64,000 nt of DNA from Asterias rubens (GCF_902459465.1 NC_047064.1:10501160-10565159), one strand, 5' to 3'. Shown: positions 23,690 through 35,920, counted from the stretch's first letter. The notes: generated by a model not told the origin, from the letters alone. Translations and numbers: made by a program.

Positions 23690-24610
23690 AAACAACAGTA
23701 AGGTACTACAGGGATGAGACTGCATGTTAGTACATGTACATATGTATCACCAGGTATCATGAGACAAAGTTAAAGTACTTAGAATGAGAATGCATGTTAG
23801 TTACCAGGTATCATGAGACAAAAGTAAAGTACTAAGGATGAGACTGCATGTTAGTATCACCAGGATTCATGACACAAAGGTAAAGTACTTAGAATGAGAC
23901 TGCATGTTAGTTACCAGGTTTCATGACACAAAGGTAAAGTACCAAGGGAGAGACTGCATGTTAGTATTACTAGGTATCATGACACAAAGGTAAAGTAGTA
24001 AGAACGCGATACTGCATACTAGTATTACCAGGTTTCATGACACAAAGGTAAAGTACTATTGATGAGACTGCATGTTATTATTACCAAGTTTCGTGACACA
24101 AAGGTAAATTACTAATGAGGAGATTGCATGTTAGTATTACCAGATTTCATGACACAAAGGTAAAGTACTAAGGATGGGACTGCATGTTGGTATAACCAGG
24201 TATCATGACACATAGGTAAAGTACTAATGATGAGACTGCATATGTATTACCAGGTTTTATGACACAAAGGCAAAGTACTAAGGACGGGACTGCATGTTAG
24301 TATTACCAGGTTTCATGACACAAAGGTTAAGTATTAAGGATGGGACTGCCTATAGTTTTACCAGGTATCATGACACATATGTAAAGTACTAATGATGAGA
24401 CTGTATGTTAGTATTACCAGGTTTCATGACACAAAGGTAAAGTAATAAGGTTGAGACTGCATGTTAGCATTACCAGGTTTCTTGACACAAAGTTAAAGTA
24501 CCAGGGTGAGACTGCATGTTAGTATATCACCAGGTTTCTTGACACAAAGTTAAAGTACTAATGATGAGACTGTACATTAGTATTACCAGGTTTCATGACA
24601 CAAAGGTAGC
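23690..24610. repeat. Minisatellite, about 56-57 bp unit x about 16
   Basis: Unit taccaggtttcatgacacaaaggtaaagtactaaggatgagactgcatgttagtat with about 10-15% divergence between units. On the gene strand each unit reads ..ctttgtgtcatgaaacctggtaatactaa.., which is the 3' end of exon 24587..24698 plus its donor. Confidence 0.8.
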
Positions 24611-24698
24611 TGTTGAGGGCCATACAGTCCACATCATTCCAGCGGCCTGGTTCCTCTTCCTCATTCATCATCAAGACACAGTCTGTTCGATTTCCCAT
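24587..24698 (-). CDS. exon: CTLD9 C-terminal part (WND..C)
   Basis: MGNRTDCVLMMNEEEEPGRWNDVDCMALNSYLCVMKP; acceptor gcataattcag|, donor ACCTG|gtaata; phase 0 in, 1 out. The 3' end of the exon is the first unit of the downstream 56-bp minisatellite. Confidence 0.65.
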
Positions 24699-26275
24699 CT
24701 GAATTATGCAAAATAATCAAACAATACAATAAAGCAAACAAAATAGTAAAACACAATTGTATCTTACAGCATGGTTGCATCAACGCTGTGTGGTGGTGGT
24801 TGCATTTTGACTTTTCGCCACAGTTATAAAACAAACTAAATGCAATCATGACAGAGCCTTGGTTTTGAAAAAATAAGACATACATGTACATGTACCAGTA
24901 CAAAGGCAATCTTTGGAATTAAAGGGGCTGTATATGGTTGGTAATGAAAATTATTGACAATAAAAACACACTTGTAAAGAAGCACATAGTATAATACATT
25001 TGTAGACACTTTTCACATCAAAGTACTGCGGTTATATGGAAAAGATATCACTTATTATCCACAAACGTTTGAATCTGAGAAACATTACCGACAGTAATGT
25101 TTCTCAGATTGTCTTTTGCAGATTATTCTTTCTGCGTGGACATAAATGCTCCAGATTTTTGGCAAAATCGAAAATACACAATCACCTTTTGAAATTTGGA
25201 CATAGTTTTGTGATGTCTACATTTATATGTACATGTATATATAGAATTGAGAATTCTCCCTTGGTGTATCCAAACATATTCATAAAATAACAGTTCTTTT
25301 GAAATTTGGACTCAATTGGTTATCAAAAGTGCAAGAGACAGGCCTAGAGAAAATAAAAACCCCCTTGTTGCACAAATTAGTGTGCTTTCAGATGCCTTGT
25401 AAAAAAAGGCTTCAGGCCTGAAATCGTTTAATATTTGAGTGAGAAATGATGTTACATCAGAGGGAACCATTTCTAATAATGTTTATACTATCAAAAGCAT
25501 CCTCAAGACATTTCTTTTTCCCCACCCATCCTAGTTTGTTTGTTTTTCTTTTGTTTTGTTGTCATAGTCTCATGTAAAGCGCTCTGTTCTCCGTAGAGCG
25601 CTATATAAATGTTTCATATTATTATTATTATTATTATTAACAGGGCCCAATTTCATAGCGCTGCTAAGCACAAAAATTTGCTTAGCATGAAATTTCTTCC
25701 TTAATAAAAACAGGATTACCAACCAAACTCCATTTGTTGCATGTTGGTTCTTACACTGGTATGCAGCTGTTGTTTGCTTTTCCTGGAAATCACGTGGAAA
25801 TTTGGTTGGCATTCCTATTTTTATCAAGGGAGAAATTTCATGCTAAGCAAATTTGTGTGCTTAGCAGCGCTATGAAATTGGACTCAGCTCTCAGTTGCTT
25901 GTTACCAAGTAAGTTTTTATGCTACCAATTATTTTAAGTACATACCAATAGTGTCCAGTGCCTATAGGCAAACAACCGACACTAAACACCTGGGCCCAAT
26001 TTCATAGCGCTGCTTAATGGTAAGCAAATTTTTGTGCTTACTGCAGCAGAAAATGTTGCTTAGGTATATACAAGTGTATTTCACAGGTTAGCAGTTAGCA
26101 GAAAAAATAGGGACCATAACATTGTGATGATATTTATTTTTGTGCACTGCGCACCGAAAGGTTAGCATGCCTTTTTGTGTGCTTACAGTCATCAGCACTA
26201 TGAAATGGAAATTGCACAGTAAGCACAAAATTGGCTGCTAAGCAGCTGTATGAAATTTGGCCCTGAATGACTTAC

Positions 26276-26421
26276 AAAGGGCCAATCAGGTTGGTTGAAG
26301 CCCCAGTTGAAGTAGTCTGTCGGTGTGTTGTCTGCCCACAGGAAGTTACCGCTGCTACCAAGGGATGACATACCAATCCACACATCAAAGTTGACATCAA
26401 TCAGGTCAGCTGTCAAGTAGG
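26276..26421 (-). CDS. exon: CTLD9 middle part (QPD)
   Basis: T-YLTADLIDVNFDVWIGMSSLGSSGNFLWADNTPTDYFNWGFNQPDWPF; acceptor cccctatgcag| (alternative ..ttgacag| 12 nt downstream), donor CCCTTT|gtaagt; phase 1 in, 0 out. Confidence 0.65.
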
Positions 26422-26679
26422 CTGCATAGGGGCAAGATGTACATGTAAGGGTATATTTAAAAATGATTTGGGTACAAGAAGCTGCTGTGCACTCTGCAGC
26501 CACTGCCAAACCGGGGGAAACCCCTTTTCCTGGAAGTTCATACATTACACAACAAATGGGACCAACGGCTTTTACATCCCATCCAAACGACAGAATAGCC
26601 ACATTTTGTGTATTATTTCGCAATACTACATGTACTTTACATGTATATACAAGGGACAGTGTGCTGGAAATGAGTACTA

Positions 26680-27090
26680 TCCTCTGCACAGCGGTATCGT
26701 GTATGGACTCCAGGCTTGCGATAGTATACAAGGGAAACTATTTTCGAAAGGAATAGACAAATCCAGGCGCGCAAGTGCTGGGCACTATGCGCCGCTGCTG
26801 CGGTGTACACGTGCCTAGTTTTATGCACATTGACATGAGAAAATCATGTTCCTGTTCACTCTTTCTGGAAATAAGATGTTTTCCTCAACGACTTACATAG
26901 TTTCCTTAACAGAACATCATCTATACCAATAGATATCTATACCAAACACCATCTATACTTACTCTGCACAGCGATATCCAGGCTGGCGAAAGTATGTTTC
27001 CGAAAGGAATACTTACTCTGCACAGCGATATCGTGTATGGACGCCAGGCTAGCGTACTTTACAAGGGAAACGGTTTCCGAAAATACTTAC
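26680..27090. repeat. Tandem copies of the 3' end + splice donor of exon 27091..27357
   Basis: Gene-strand motif agcctggc[ag]tccatacacgata[ct]cgctgtgcagagtaagtat occurs at the true donor (27085-27100) and again about 27010-27060 and 26955-27000. A degraded 4th copy lies at 26680-26760 (donor lost). Spacing is about 55-75 bp. Confidence 0.7.
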
Positions 27091-27357
27091 TCTGCACAGC
27101 GGTATCGTGTATGGATGCCAGGCTAGCCGCTGCATTCAAGGTTTGACACTCCTTCCTGGCATCTTGCCAATTCTTCTTGGATCCTTCGTTCTTTCCACCA
27201 ATGGTGTAGCAACGATTGTTGTATTTTTTCCAGCCGTTTGGACACTCGCCGGTCGGAGGTGTGGTTGGTGCATGTGTTACCAGAGGAACGTCGTCCACGG
27301 TTTTCTGGCAGATGAACTTTGCCCAGTCGCCACAGTTGTTGTCTCTCCATTCACCAG
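27091..27357 (-). CDS. exon: CTLD8 C-terminus + Pro/Thr linker + CTLD9 N-terminal part
   Basis: T-GEWRDNNCGDWAKFICQKTVDDVPLVTHAPTTPPTGECPNGWKKYNNRCYTIGGKNEGSKKNWQDARKECQTLNAAASLASIHDTAVQ; acceptor catacccag|, donor GTGCAGA|gtaagt; phase 1 in, 1 out. Confidence 0.75.
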
Positions 27358-27755
27358 CTGGGTATGAATTCAAATAATAAAGTAATAATAATAAATAGTG
27401 GCTTCTTAAGCTGGCCTCAGGTCGACCTACGACTTCCTTGCGCCCACAACAAATTGTCGGCAACGCGCGGATGAAATATGCTCCGGTCACAACAACTGAG
27501 AAATAGTGGGCCTGCTGCGATTGGTTCTGGACTATCTGGATTTTGTCGTACAAGTTGAAATTGTTCTACTCTTGCGACTGTTGATTTTTTTGAGCGGTGG
27601 CTGTTTCAGATTGTCTGAAAATCATCGCAGTTACGCTGTATGTTGTAAATAATCGCAGACTGAAAAGCTCCCCATGGTCTGAGCTCAGGGTTCTTAATTT
27701 CATTCGACGATGAATAATAAGTGAACCAGAAAAATAAACAAAAAAGGGAACTTAC

Positions 27756-27859
27756 TGTTTGGGAACATCTTCATTTCAACGCAGAGCTCAGCACCATTCA
27801 CTGAATCTGGCTGGCCCTTTTGCCAGTTGACAAAGTCTAGATTGGTTTGGTCTGCCCAC
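27756..27859 (-). CDS. exon: CTLD8 long-loop part (QPD)
   Basis: Q-WADQTNLDFVNWQKGQPDSVNGAELCVEMKMFPN; acceptor ttcctcag|, donor AAACA|gtaagt; phase 2 in, 1 out. Confidence 0.65.
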
Positions 27860-28104
27860 CTGAGGAACACATTGAAAACTTGTTAATAGACAATAACTTT
27901 GCATCAGGGTCAAGAATGTTATTTGGTTTCTGACTTTTCACCGATGTGTATACCAATGTGCATGAGCACTGTATACTTTGTATTTTTTTACAAAAACATA
28001 ATATTACTAGGTTCTTATATAGTGCTTCATCACATCCACATATAGAGGCTTCTCAAAGCGCTCAGTATTTTGTCCTGCACTGTTGAGCTACGTTTTTTAG
28101 TAGA

Positions 28105-28412
28105 GACCTATTCCTTTGAAGCACCATGTAATCATTTACAAGGTGCTGCGGCCCAATATGCTGCCAATAAAACCAGGAACACCACAGCTAACCCCTTCTC
28201 TTTTCAATAAGCGCACTGGGTTCTTTTACAAGCGTTACTCAGCACACAGGACCAACAGCTTTACATCCCATCCACAGGCCGAAGCAATGGTTTAGTGTCA
28301 TACTTAAGGACACAAGTGTGTCATGACTGGGACTCGACCCCACACTCTGCTGAACAGAAATCCCAGAGTTTGAATTCAGTTCTCTTAACTGCTCGGCCAT
28401 GACAGTTAGGTG
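28105..28412 (-). mobile_element. SINE family A copy (5' portion); 3' portion of another copy at 28840..29000 on +
   Basis: ..cttaaggacacaagtgtgtcatgactgggactcgaccccacactctgctgaacagaaatcccagagtttgaattcagttctcttaactgctcggccatgacag. Confidence 0.5.
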
Positions 28413-29009
28413 TCTTTATGGCAGACTACTTCAAAACCATGAAAAACAGCTCACATAGATTGTAGTGCTTTTGGCAGTGGCTGCCAAGTGCTGCGCAGCA
28501 CTCTATAAACCCCTAAAGGTGCTACAATAATGGGTCATATATTTAGTTTAAAATTTTTACTACAATATCTGTGTGACAATTTCTGGGAGGGCATATCTTT
28601 TTTGATGACATTTTTTTTACTTTTGCCATTGCCTGGACAGCCTCTGCTTGTTATAAAAATATTGTTTGGTCCACTCCAAATAATAAAAATAAACTAAAAC
28701 AAATAAATAAATAAATCTTTAAAAAATGTTTCTTTTTGTACAATCACCTCGAGCACCATATTGGTGGATACCTGTGCAATGTAAGACTCAAATTTTATTA
28801 CTTGGCCAATAAAAACATCTTTTTCTCCAGAAGGGGTTCGTGGCTGGATTGGCAGCACTTTGCGCCACAGCACCTTGTAAACTATTACATGGTGCTAAGG
28901 ATTAGGTCTCATAATTCAAACTTGTCCCACTCACTTTGCAGTAAAATACTTGGCGCTTTGTATCCTTTGGAAAAAAGCGCCTTATAACTATGGTTATTAT
29001 TAAGGGAAT

Positions 29010-29165
29010 CAATGTGTGTTGAAGAAGTTTTCAACTAGTGGTTTAAACACGCGCCGAGGCCTGGACTTGATAATTTTACCGAGACGAAGTCGAGGTAAAC
29101 TATCAAGAACCAGGCCTCGGCGGGTTTAAACCACTAGTTGAAAACCAATTCAACACACATTGATT
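29010..29165. mobile_element. Foldback element family K; half copy at 10185..10275
   Basis: gtgtgttgaagaagttttcaactagtggtttaaacacgcgccgaggcctggacttgataattttaccgagacgaagtcgaggtaaactatcaagaaccaggcctcggcgggtttaaaccactagttgaaaaccaattcaacacac. Confidence 0.5.
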
Positions 29166-29603
29166 CCCATTCATAAATACCTTTTCGGTCAAAAAACATC
29201 AACACTTCTTTGTCAAAAGGTAAAATAAATGCAAAAATTGTAATTCTTCAATGATTTCTTTCAACACAACACCCCTCCAGCTATGAAATGGTAAGGCCCT
29301 CGGGCAAACAACTTCTTATAAGGAGATGATGTGCACGTCGCGCGTGATGTGGCACAGCTGTTTCAGCCGTTGCTCTCGACCAATAGGAATGAAGAAACTG
29401 TCTTATAAGCGCTGGTGAAAGCTCGCGTGTCACGCCCATGTTGTAACACTTTTTACTGGTGTTATATCATCCGTTCAAACAACCCCTCGTGATGCCCTCT
29501 CGACCAATCAGAATGGATAAACTGTCTTAGGTATTTATGAATATTATATTTTAGAGGTCTATAGAAGGGAAACAACTGAACAAAGTCTGTGGCTTCAACT
29601 TAC

Positions 29604-29671
29604 TGATATTCCCCTGGGTGAGTCATGTTAGACCGCAGACCGATCCAGTAACCACTAGCGAAGAAGCTTGC
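29604..29671 (-). CDS. exon: CTLD8 short WIGL exon
   Basis: ASFFASGYWIGLRSNMTHPGEY; acceptor tgatttcag|, donor TATCA|gtaagt; phase 0 in, 2 out. Paralogous to 16718..16791. Confidence 0.55.
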
Positions 29672-30499
29672 CTGAAATCACATGAAAAATATCACAATTC
29701 AGTTTTAACCAAACTCAAATCAAATTGTATGGTAGTCCCAAGGACTCTGCTCTAAAACTGTCAATCGTCATCAATTAAATTCATTGTAACACAAAACACA
29801 ATGTCCACAGATTTACATTAAACTTACACTGTTTGAAGATAATGACAGTAGAAAGCATACCTTAAAATATTAGTTGCTGAGGTGCTGTAGTTTTTGAGAA
29901 AAGAGCAAAACAATGTCATGAAAATACGTTTTTACATGCTAAAGTAATTGTTGTCTCATGGATGACCAGTTTTACTCATTTCTCAAAAACTACAGCACCT
30001 CAGCAAGTAATATTTTCAGAATCGCTTTCTACTATCCTAATCTTAAAACTGGGTAAGTTTAGTGTAATTCTGTGGACATGGTGTTTTTTGTCCTACAAAA
30101 AGTACCTAGATCATTTTAATGCAAAATGAACATACAGTGTAAATGTAATTATAAAGATGGTCTATTGAACGAAGAGGTATAAAGAACTGCTAGCACAATA
30201 ATTAAAGTAGACACAATTAAAAACGAGGCAATCATGAAAGCAAATTTATTTAATAATAATATGAGCCAGCCGTAGATTTCACCAAACTCTTCCTAACTTA
30301 GGAAAAAAACTAGGACTTTGGACGGGTTCAGTCTGGATACTTCCAAATACGTTACGACGCATTGAACCCATCCCAAGTTAGGACGAGTTACTCATCTTAA
30401 TTCGAGTTAGGATTGATCCTAGCGTTTCGTTAAACCGGCTGCAGCGATCACACCTCACTTTACGATACAACTTGTCAAATGAACACATTTCAAACTCAC

Positions 30500-30675
30500 A
30501 TATTTTTTGAGGAATGATTGTTCGTCGTTGCTGTGGACAGACACCAGATGTGCGTTGTTTTTATGACAGAACTCTTCTGCTTCAGCCCAGCCAACAACAC
30601 CATCCATTGCTTTACTGAAGTAATAACAGTATGGGGCACGATGAATCCATTTATCATCGCCTGGACATGGGTCAC
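30500..30675 (-). CDS. exon: CTLD8 N-terminal part
   Basis: G-DPCPGDDKWIHRAPYCYYFSKAMDGVVGWAEAEEFCHKNNAHLVSVHSNDEQSFLKKY; acceptor tcgtctcag|, donor AAATAT|gtgagt; phase 1 in, 0 out. Paralogous to 17149..17318. Confidence 0.7.
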
Positions 30676-33600
30676 CTGAGACGAAAAACAAGGTGCAAAA
30701 TTTACATGTAGTCAACTTGCATTACGTGAATCTGTGAATTTTAAATAGGATTTAAAACTTTGCATGGTAGAAATACAATATGGAAAGGTTTGCGGTAACA
30801 TGTAATGACTACCATGTATCTCTCAATGAAAGCTTTCTCCAGAAGACGATCAGCGCATACTGATCGAAACGTCGAGTTGAAACCAACGGTTCTTTTCAGA
30901 ACCACCCCAAGTGTGAATTTTAATCGCCAGTTTATATCTGTGTGACTTCTAAGCGGGCACTGGACACTATCGGAAATTACTCAAAATGATTGTTAGCATA
31001 AAAACTTACTTGGTAAGGAGAAAATGGAGAGCTGTTGGTAGTATAAAACATTGTGAGAAATGGCTCCCTCTGAATTAAGGTAGTTTTTGAGGAGGAAGTA
31101 ATGTAATTTCTCACTAAAATATTTGAATTGAATTCGAGACCTCAGGCGTCTGAAAGCACACAACTTGTGTGACAAGGGTGCTTTTTCTTCCTTTATTCTC
31201 TCGCAACCTTCGACGACCAATTGAGTTAAAATTTTCACAGGCTTGTTATTTTATGCACATGTTGAGATACAACAAGTGAGAAGACGGGCCTTTGACAATT
31301 ACCAAAGGTGTCCAAAGTCTTTAACTGTGTTATCAGTAAAGTAGTTGTTTTACAACAATTCATCCTTGAAACAACTTTCCAAGGGCTAGTAATCCTGACC
31401 CACATGCATATTTGCTGGTGTCAAATAATGAAATTGTTGAAGAGCACAGAGAAAGTCCTGCAGTTTCTTATTTGAATTCTCAAAATAGTATTTGGTCAAT
31501 TTTTATGTTTCAAAGTTACTTTGACCATAGTTAATTCCTATATAACTATTTATTTATTATTTCCTTTAAGATTATATTGTTTCTGTACAATTAAAGGTGC
31601 TTTAGATTTTGTTACATTTCTATGTACTGTTTAGTTCTTACAATTGTCCTTTTTCTACAGCGAGAGTATGGAATAAACCTATTATTTAATTGAATTGAAT
31701 AATTTCATTATGATATTTAACACTGTTTCCCGATTCTTCACACAGGATGTTGAAACGGAAATTAAATTCATTTCCCTTCGCCCAATGTTTACTGTATTCA
31801 GAAAGAAATTATATGATTCCATTGGTCAAAGTGACACAGATTTCAGTATCTTATCTAAGAAGGACAAATTTATTTTCCTAATGAGCTCTCAGGATAAAAC
31901 CACTATGAATTGTGTTACGAAGTACTTATTCTCTGCTTTTAAGTTAAAGGAACACGTTGCCCTTGATCGGTCGAGTTGGTCTTTGAAAAGCGTTTGAAAT
32001 CGTTTGTTATGAAATGCATATGGTAAGAAAGATATTTTAAAGGGCTCAAACTCATCTCTTTTAAATGTAATAATAAAACCTATCTTTTTAATACCGCTTT
32101 TTAGCTTTTTTATGTCTTCTTCTATGGTCACCTCGCCAGTTAGTTTAGAATTTTAGCATAGATAGGGTTAGAGGCGTCTGTCTCCTGAAAAGGTCAAAAC
32201 ATTACCGATGCCAGCAGAGATAGGCCTATGTAATAAGTAATTAATTAGTTCTCTGTTGGCAGGACAGACATATCCCCATACTTTTGTTTGGGCACTGGCC
32301 TGGTGACCAGTCTTTTTTCTTTGTCTTTTTCTTCCACTCTGCCCTTTTTAACAAGTGTTCTGCGCCTCTGATCATTTTGTATGTAAGGGGCAATATAAAT
32401 TTTAAATATTATTATTATTATTATTAAAGATATTTTAAAAGCAGAATATAATGATCCACACAAACATGCCTCGAAATTTCAAGGTTTTCCTTTTACATCG
32501 CAAAGAAACACTGTCGGCCATTTTGTGGAGTCAAAATTTGGACTCCATAAACTGCCAACCGTGTTAGTTCGCGACGTAAAAAGAATACCGTGCAATTTTG
32601 AGACATGTTTGTTTGGATCATTATATTCTACTTTTAAAATTTCTTTCTAACCGTATGCATTTCAAAAGAAACAGTTTCAAACGCTTTTCAAAGACCAACT
32701 CGACTGGTCCAAGGCAACATGTTCCTTTAAAGGAAACCCAAACATAATTTAATATTTGATCATGCTAAACTCTCCTTCTTTGTTATATTGTTGTAACCCT
32801 TCCCAAGGGTATGGGGTTTGTTCCATTAAAATGAAAAACTCAATACTATACAATTATAAGCAAGAACCTCCTGGTGAGCAGATTCCTGCGATAACATTAT
32901 GTGAATCCATCCAAGGCTGGACTACACAGCAGCACAAATCAAAAGTCTATTTCAGTTTTTTTCTTCTTCCCATTTATAAATTTATACTGCAATATTAACT
33001 TGCCTGTTGGAATTGTTGGCGCTGGGGTTGTTATAACGCTATCCCCTGGAACAGAAACGCATCACAAGAAACAATTAAACACAATACTAAATTTGAGAAA
33101 TTGTTTTATCACATTGTGGCTATAATAATAATAATAGTGGCTTCTCATAGCCCACAAATTCGTCACTCAGCAACGCTCATGGTGCTTCAACATTCAGTGT
33201 TTTCCTGCAAGGTATGTGGAGCTACAAGTGTAACACTATTTTCTAAACAAAACACCATGTAATGGTTAACAAGGTACTGTGGCACAATATGCAGCCAATC
33301 AAACCAGGAACACCGGTGGCGAAACCACTCGTCTTCACGATAAGTACACTGGGTTCTTTTGACGTGCATTACACAACAAACTGTCAACAACCTCCGTCTA
33401 CGGCCATATTTCCATTCGACTTCCGCTACCGCGCGGTGAAATGACCGTGACTGACTTTGTGTAATTCTACCATGTGTTCCCACCTGGACTTACATTTCGT
33501 GAAGTTTGTATAGCGTTTTATAGCAAGTCGAGGTAGGTTTTTACAGAGCGGAGCTGTTTCCATTGGATTTGTTAGCACCCCTGTAAAGGTACGTGGCTGC

Positions 33601-34036
33601 GCGGAAGTCTGCCACGACCTCTTTAGGCCTGTTTTTTTCATCACGGTCGGGGTAAGTTGACAGGGAGGTCAGTTTACCATGCAGTCCCATTGGATTTAAT
33701 TTTGTAATTCTACTGAAAAGTAGTGGTACTTAAAAAATTTAAAAGTCCAATAGGAACACAGCTTTATACAGTCATTCAAATGAAGAGTAAATAAATACCT
33801 TATGTGTAAGTAACGTCCTGTTTTACGGCAATTATGATTGCAGGTGATGCTAGTTGTTGTGTCTCTCATCACTTTCTAGTGAGTGAGGCACAGTCCAATA
33901 ACTATTATTTATTTTCTTTTATTTTCGTTCTTTTTTATCATGGGACGGTCTGTTGAAATTAGGACTTAGCTATCCCTATAGCATATTATGCTGTTTTTTT
34001 CATGGGGTACTCCGTAAGAAAAAAAAAAAACCAAAC

Positions 34037-34207
34037 CTTTGGGTATTTGGCAGATGAAGTTTCTCTGATACCAGCAGTACAGATCGTTCCATTTATTGTC
34101 GGACTGCAGATAAATCTCCACGCATTCCTCCTGGCCACCGTAATCATTGGGCTCTCCTGGTGCCCAGTCAGTGAATTCAACTTGTGTGCCGTCACTCCAT
34201 GCATAAC
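34037..34207 (-). CDS. exon: CTLD7 C-terminal two-thirds (canonical EPN + WND)
   Basis: G-YAWSDGTQVEFTDWAPGEPNDYGGQEECVEIYLQSDNKWNDLYCWYQRNFICQIPK; acceptor tcttgaccag|, donor CAAAG|gtttgg (weak donor); phase 1 in, 1 out. Confidence 0.7.
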
Positions 34208-34299
34208 CTGGTCAAGAAACAAAATCATGTGGGATTCTTGGCCTGAGCACAACTGTTTAAGCAGAAAGAGCTGTTTAAGCAGAAAGTATTGCTAATATA

Positions 34300-34650
34300 T
34301 ATATATAAACATCAAAGTCTTATATAGCGCACGTATCTACCAAACAAGGTACTCAAGGCGCTGAGTATATACAAACTTTCAGAAAGATATGTTATTGCAG
34401 TGAGGAATTCTGAGACCCATTTATTTAGCACCTTCTAAGGGTTTACAAGGTGCTACGGCGCATAAAGCAGCCACAGCCAGGAACACCGGGGCAAACCCCT
34501 TCTCTTTTTGATATCGGTAAGTGCACTAGGTTCTTTTACATGCGTTACACAACACATTACATGCGTTACACAACGGCTTTATGTCCCATCCGAAGGACGA
34601 ATGGTTAAGTGTCTTGCTTAAGGACACAAGTGTCACAGCAGGAAACGAGC
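34300..34650 (-). mobile_element. SINE family A copy
   Basis: Tail catcaaagtcttatatagcgcacgtatctaccaaacaaggtactcaaggcgctgagtatatacaaactttcag .. head region ..cttgcttaaggacacaagtgtcacagcagg. Confidence 0.5.
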
Positions 34651-35861
34651 AGGACAACAGTCATGTATGAACATGGACCTTTCCTGGTATCCTTTTTCTG
34701 GTAAGAAGAGTTTTGTTTTGCTTAGCTCATTTTTGTGCTTACACAGGTATATAAGCTGTGAAATTTGGGCCCTGTGGGCTTGGGCCCTAAAATATTTGGG
34801 AATATGTGGGCTGTGACGATTTTGTCCAGATACAACCCACGTCAGTCCCAACAACTACTGAGAATGAGAATATGTTCCAGTCAACGCCACTGTTGAGAAC
34901 TGAATAAAAGTTTATGCCTGGCTAGACTAATTAGCGACAAGGGTCCAATTTCATGGCTTTGCTAATCATAAGCAAAGAATCGGCGCTTACAGAAGTAGGG
35001 AAATTGCGCTTATGTCAAGCATATTTTCTGGATAAGCAGGGAATTTTTAATGTGGGCACTCTAGTTACTAGGCATCCTTCACTTACACACAGCTGGCGCA
35101 GAAATTCGGCGCTTGCACAGTAAGCGGAGAATGGTGACCGTTCACTCATAATTTGGCGTTAAGCAAGAGCCATGTAATTGGAACCTTTTCTTTCTGAGAC
35201 TGAGACTGTTGGTTGTTGAGACCATGATGAGGTCTTGAGACCTGCCATGAGGGCAAGTAATCCATTTTGACAATTTGTTGACATTTTGTGTTATTGTTTC
35301 CCTTCTATGATGTGCAATAAAAAAGTAATTTACACTCATGCCTTTCTGTATTACTAGAGCAGCTTTTTTTTTTTTACAAAAATATTTTTTGGGGGTGAGG
35401 TTTAGTGATCACTAGGTATACAACATGTAGCAATTCAATCCATTGTAAAAAATACAACTGAACTTTAGTTTTTAGTTTTCATTGAAGTGTACTGTGCCTT
35501 GATCAATCTGTGGGGACAGGTGCACACTAATTGTTCTTATTATAAGCCCTTTATCACGATGTGGCCATCTTGATTTTACTCCATTTCAACTCATTGTAAC
35601 CAAACTGAGGATGGGCGAATGTTAGCATTCATTACTGTGATTGGAAACAGGGAACATGACCAAGATGGTGACAGCGTGATAAAGGTCAATGGGAGACTTT
35701 CTGGGACGATAGAGGGCAGCAGACTTACCGGGTAAATCCATTGTTCTCAGAATTATGCGCATGTTCAGAACTACGTAAACAATGGAAATTTACCCGGTAT
35801 GTCTGCTGCCGCCTAGCGTTGGAAAGTCTCCTATTGTAAGAAATGCCAGACCAAAACTTAC

Positions 35862-35920
35862 CTCCCTCTTTACGTTGGTCAGACAGTCCAATCCAAAATC
35901 CGTTTGAAGACGTGGGTGTA
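35862..35920 (-). CDS. exon: CTLD7 short WIGL exon
   Basis: F-TPTSSNGFWIGLSDQRKEG; acceptor gtctgcag|, donor GGGAG|gtaagt; phase 2 in, 1 out. Confidence 0.55.

Noticed and set aside
23690-24610. Regularly spaced 56-bp repeats that superficially resemble a CRISPR array
   Set aside because: This is a eukaryotic intron. The units are contiguous with no unique spacers and are imperfect (minisatellite). The unit is derived from the adjacent exon end.
35717-35810. Possible extension of exon 35862..35920 downstream to a second donor (..TYR|gtaaat) giving a longer WIGL exon
   Set aside because: The extra sequence is one arm of a palindrome (ggcagcagacttaccgggtaaatccattgtt / aacaatggaaatttacccggtatgtctgctgcc). 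The strong gagggag|gtaagt donor at 35862 gives phase continuity with exon 34037..34207, which supplies the expected WSDG..EPN segment.
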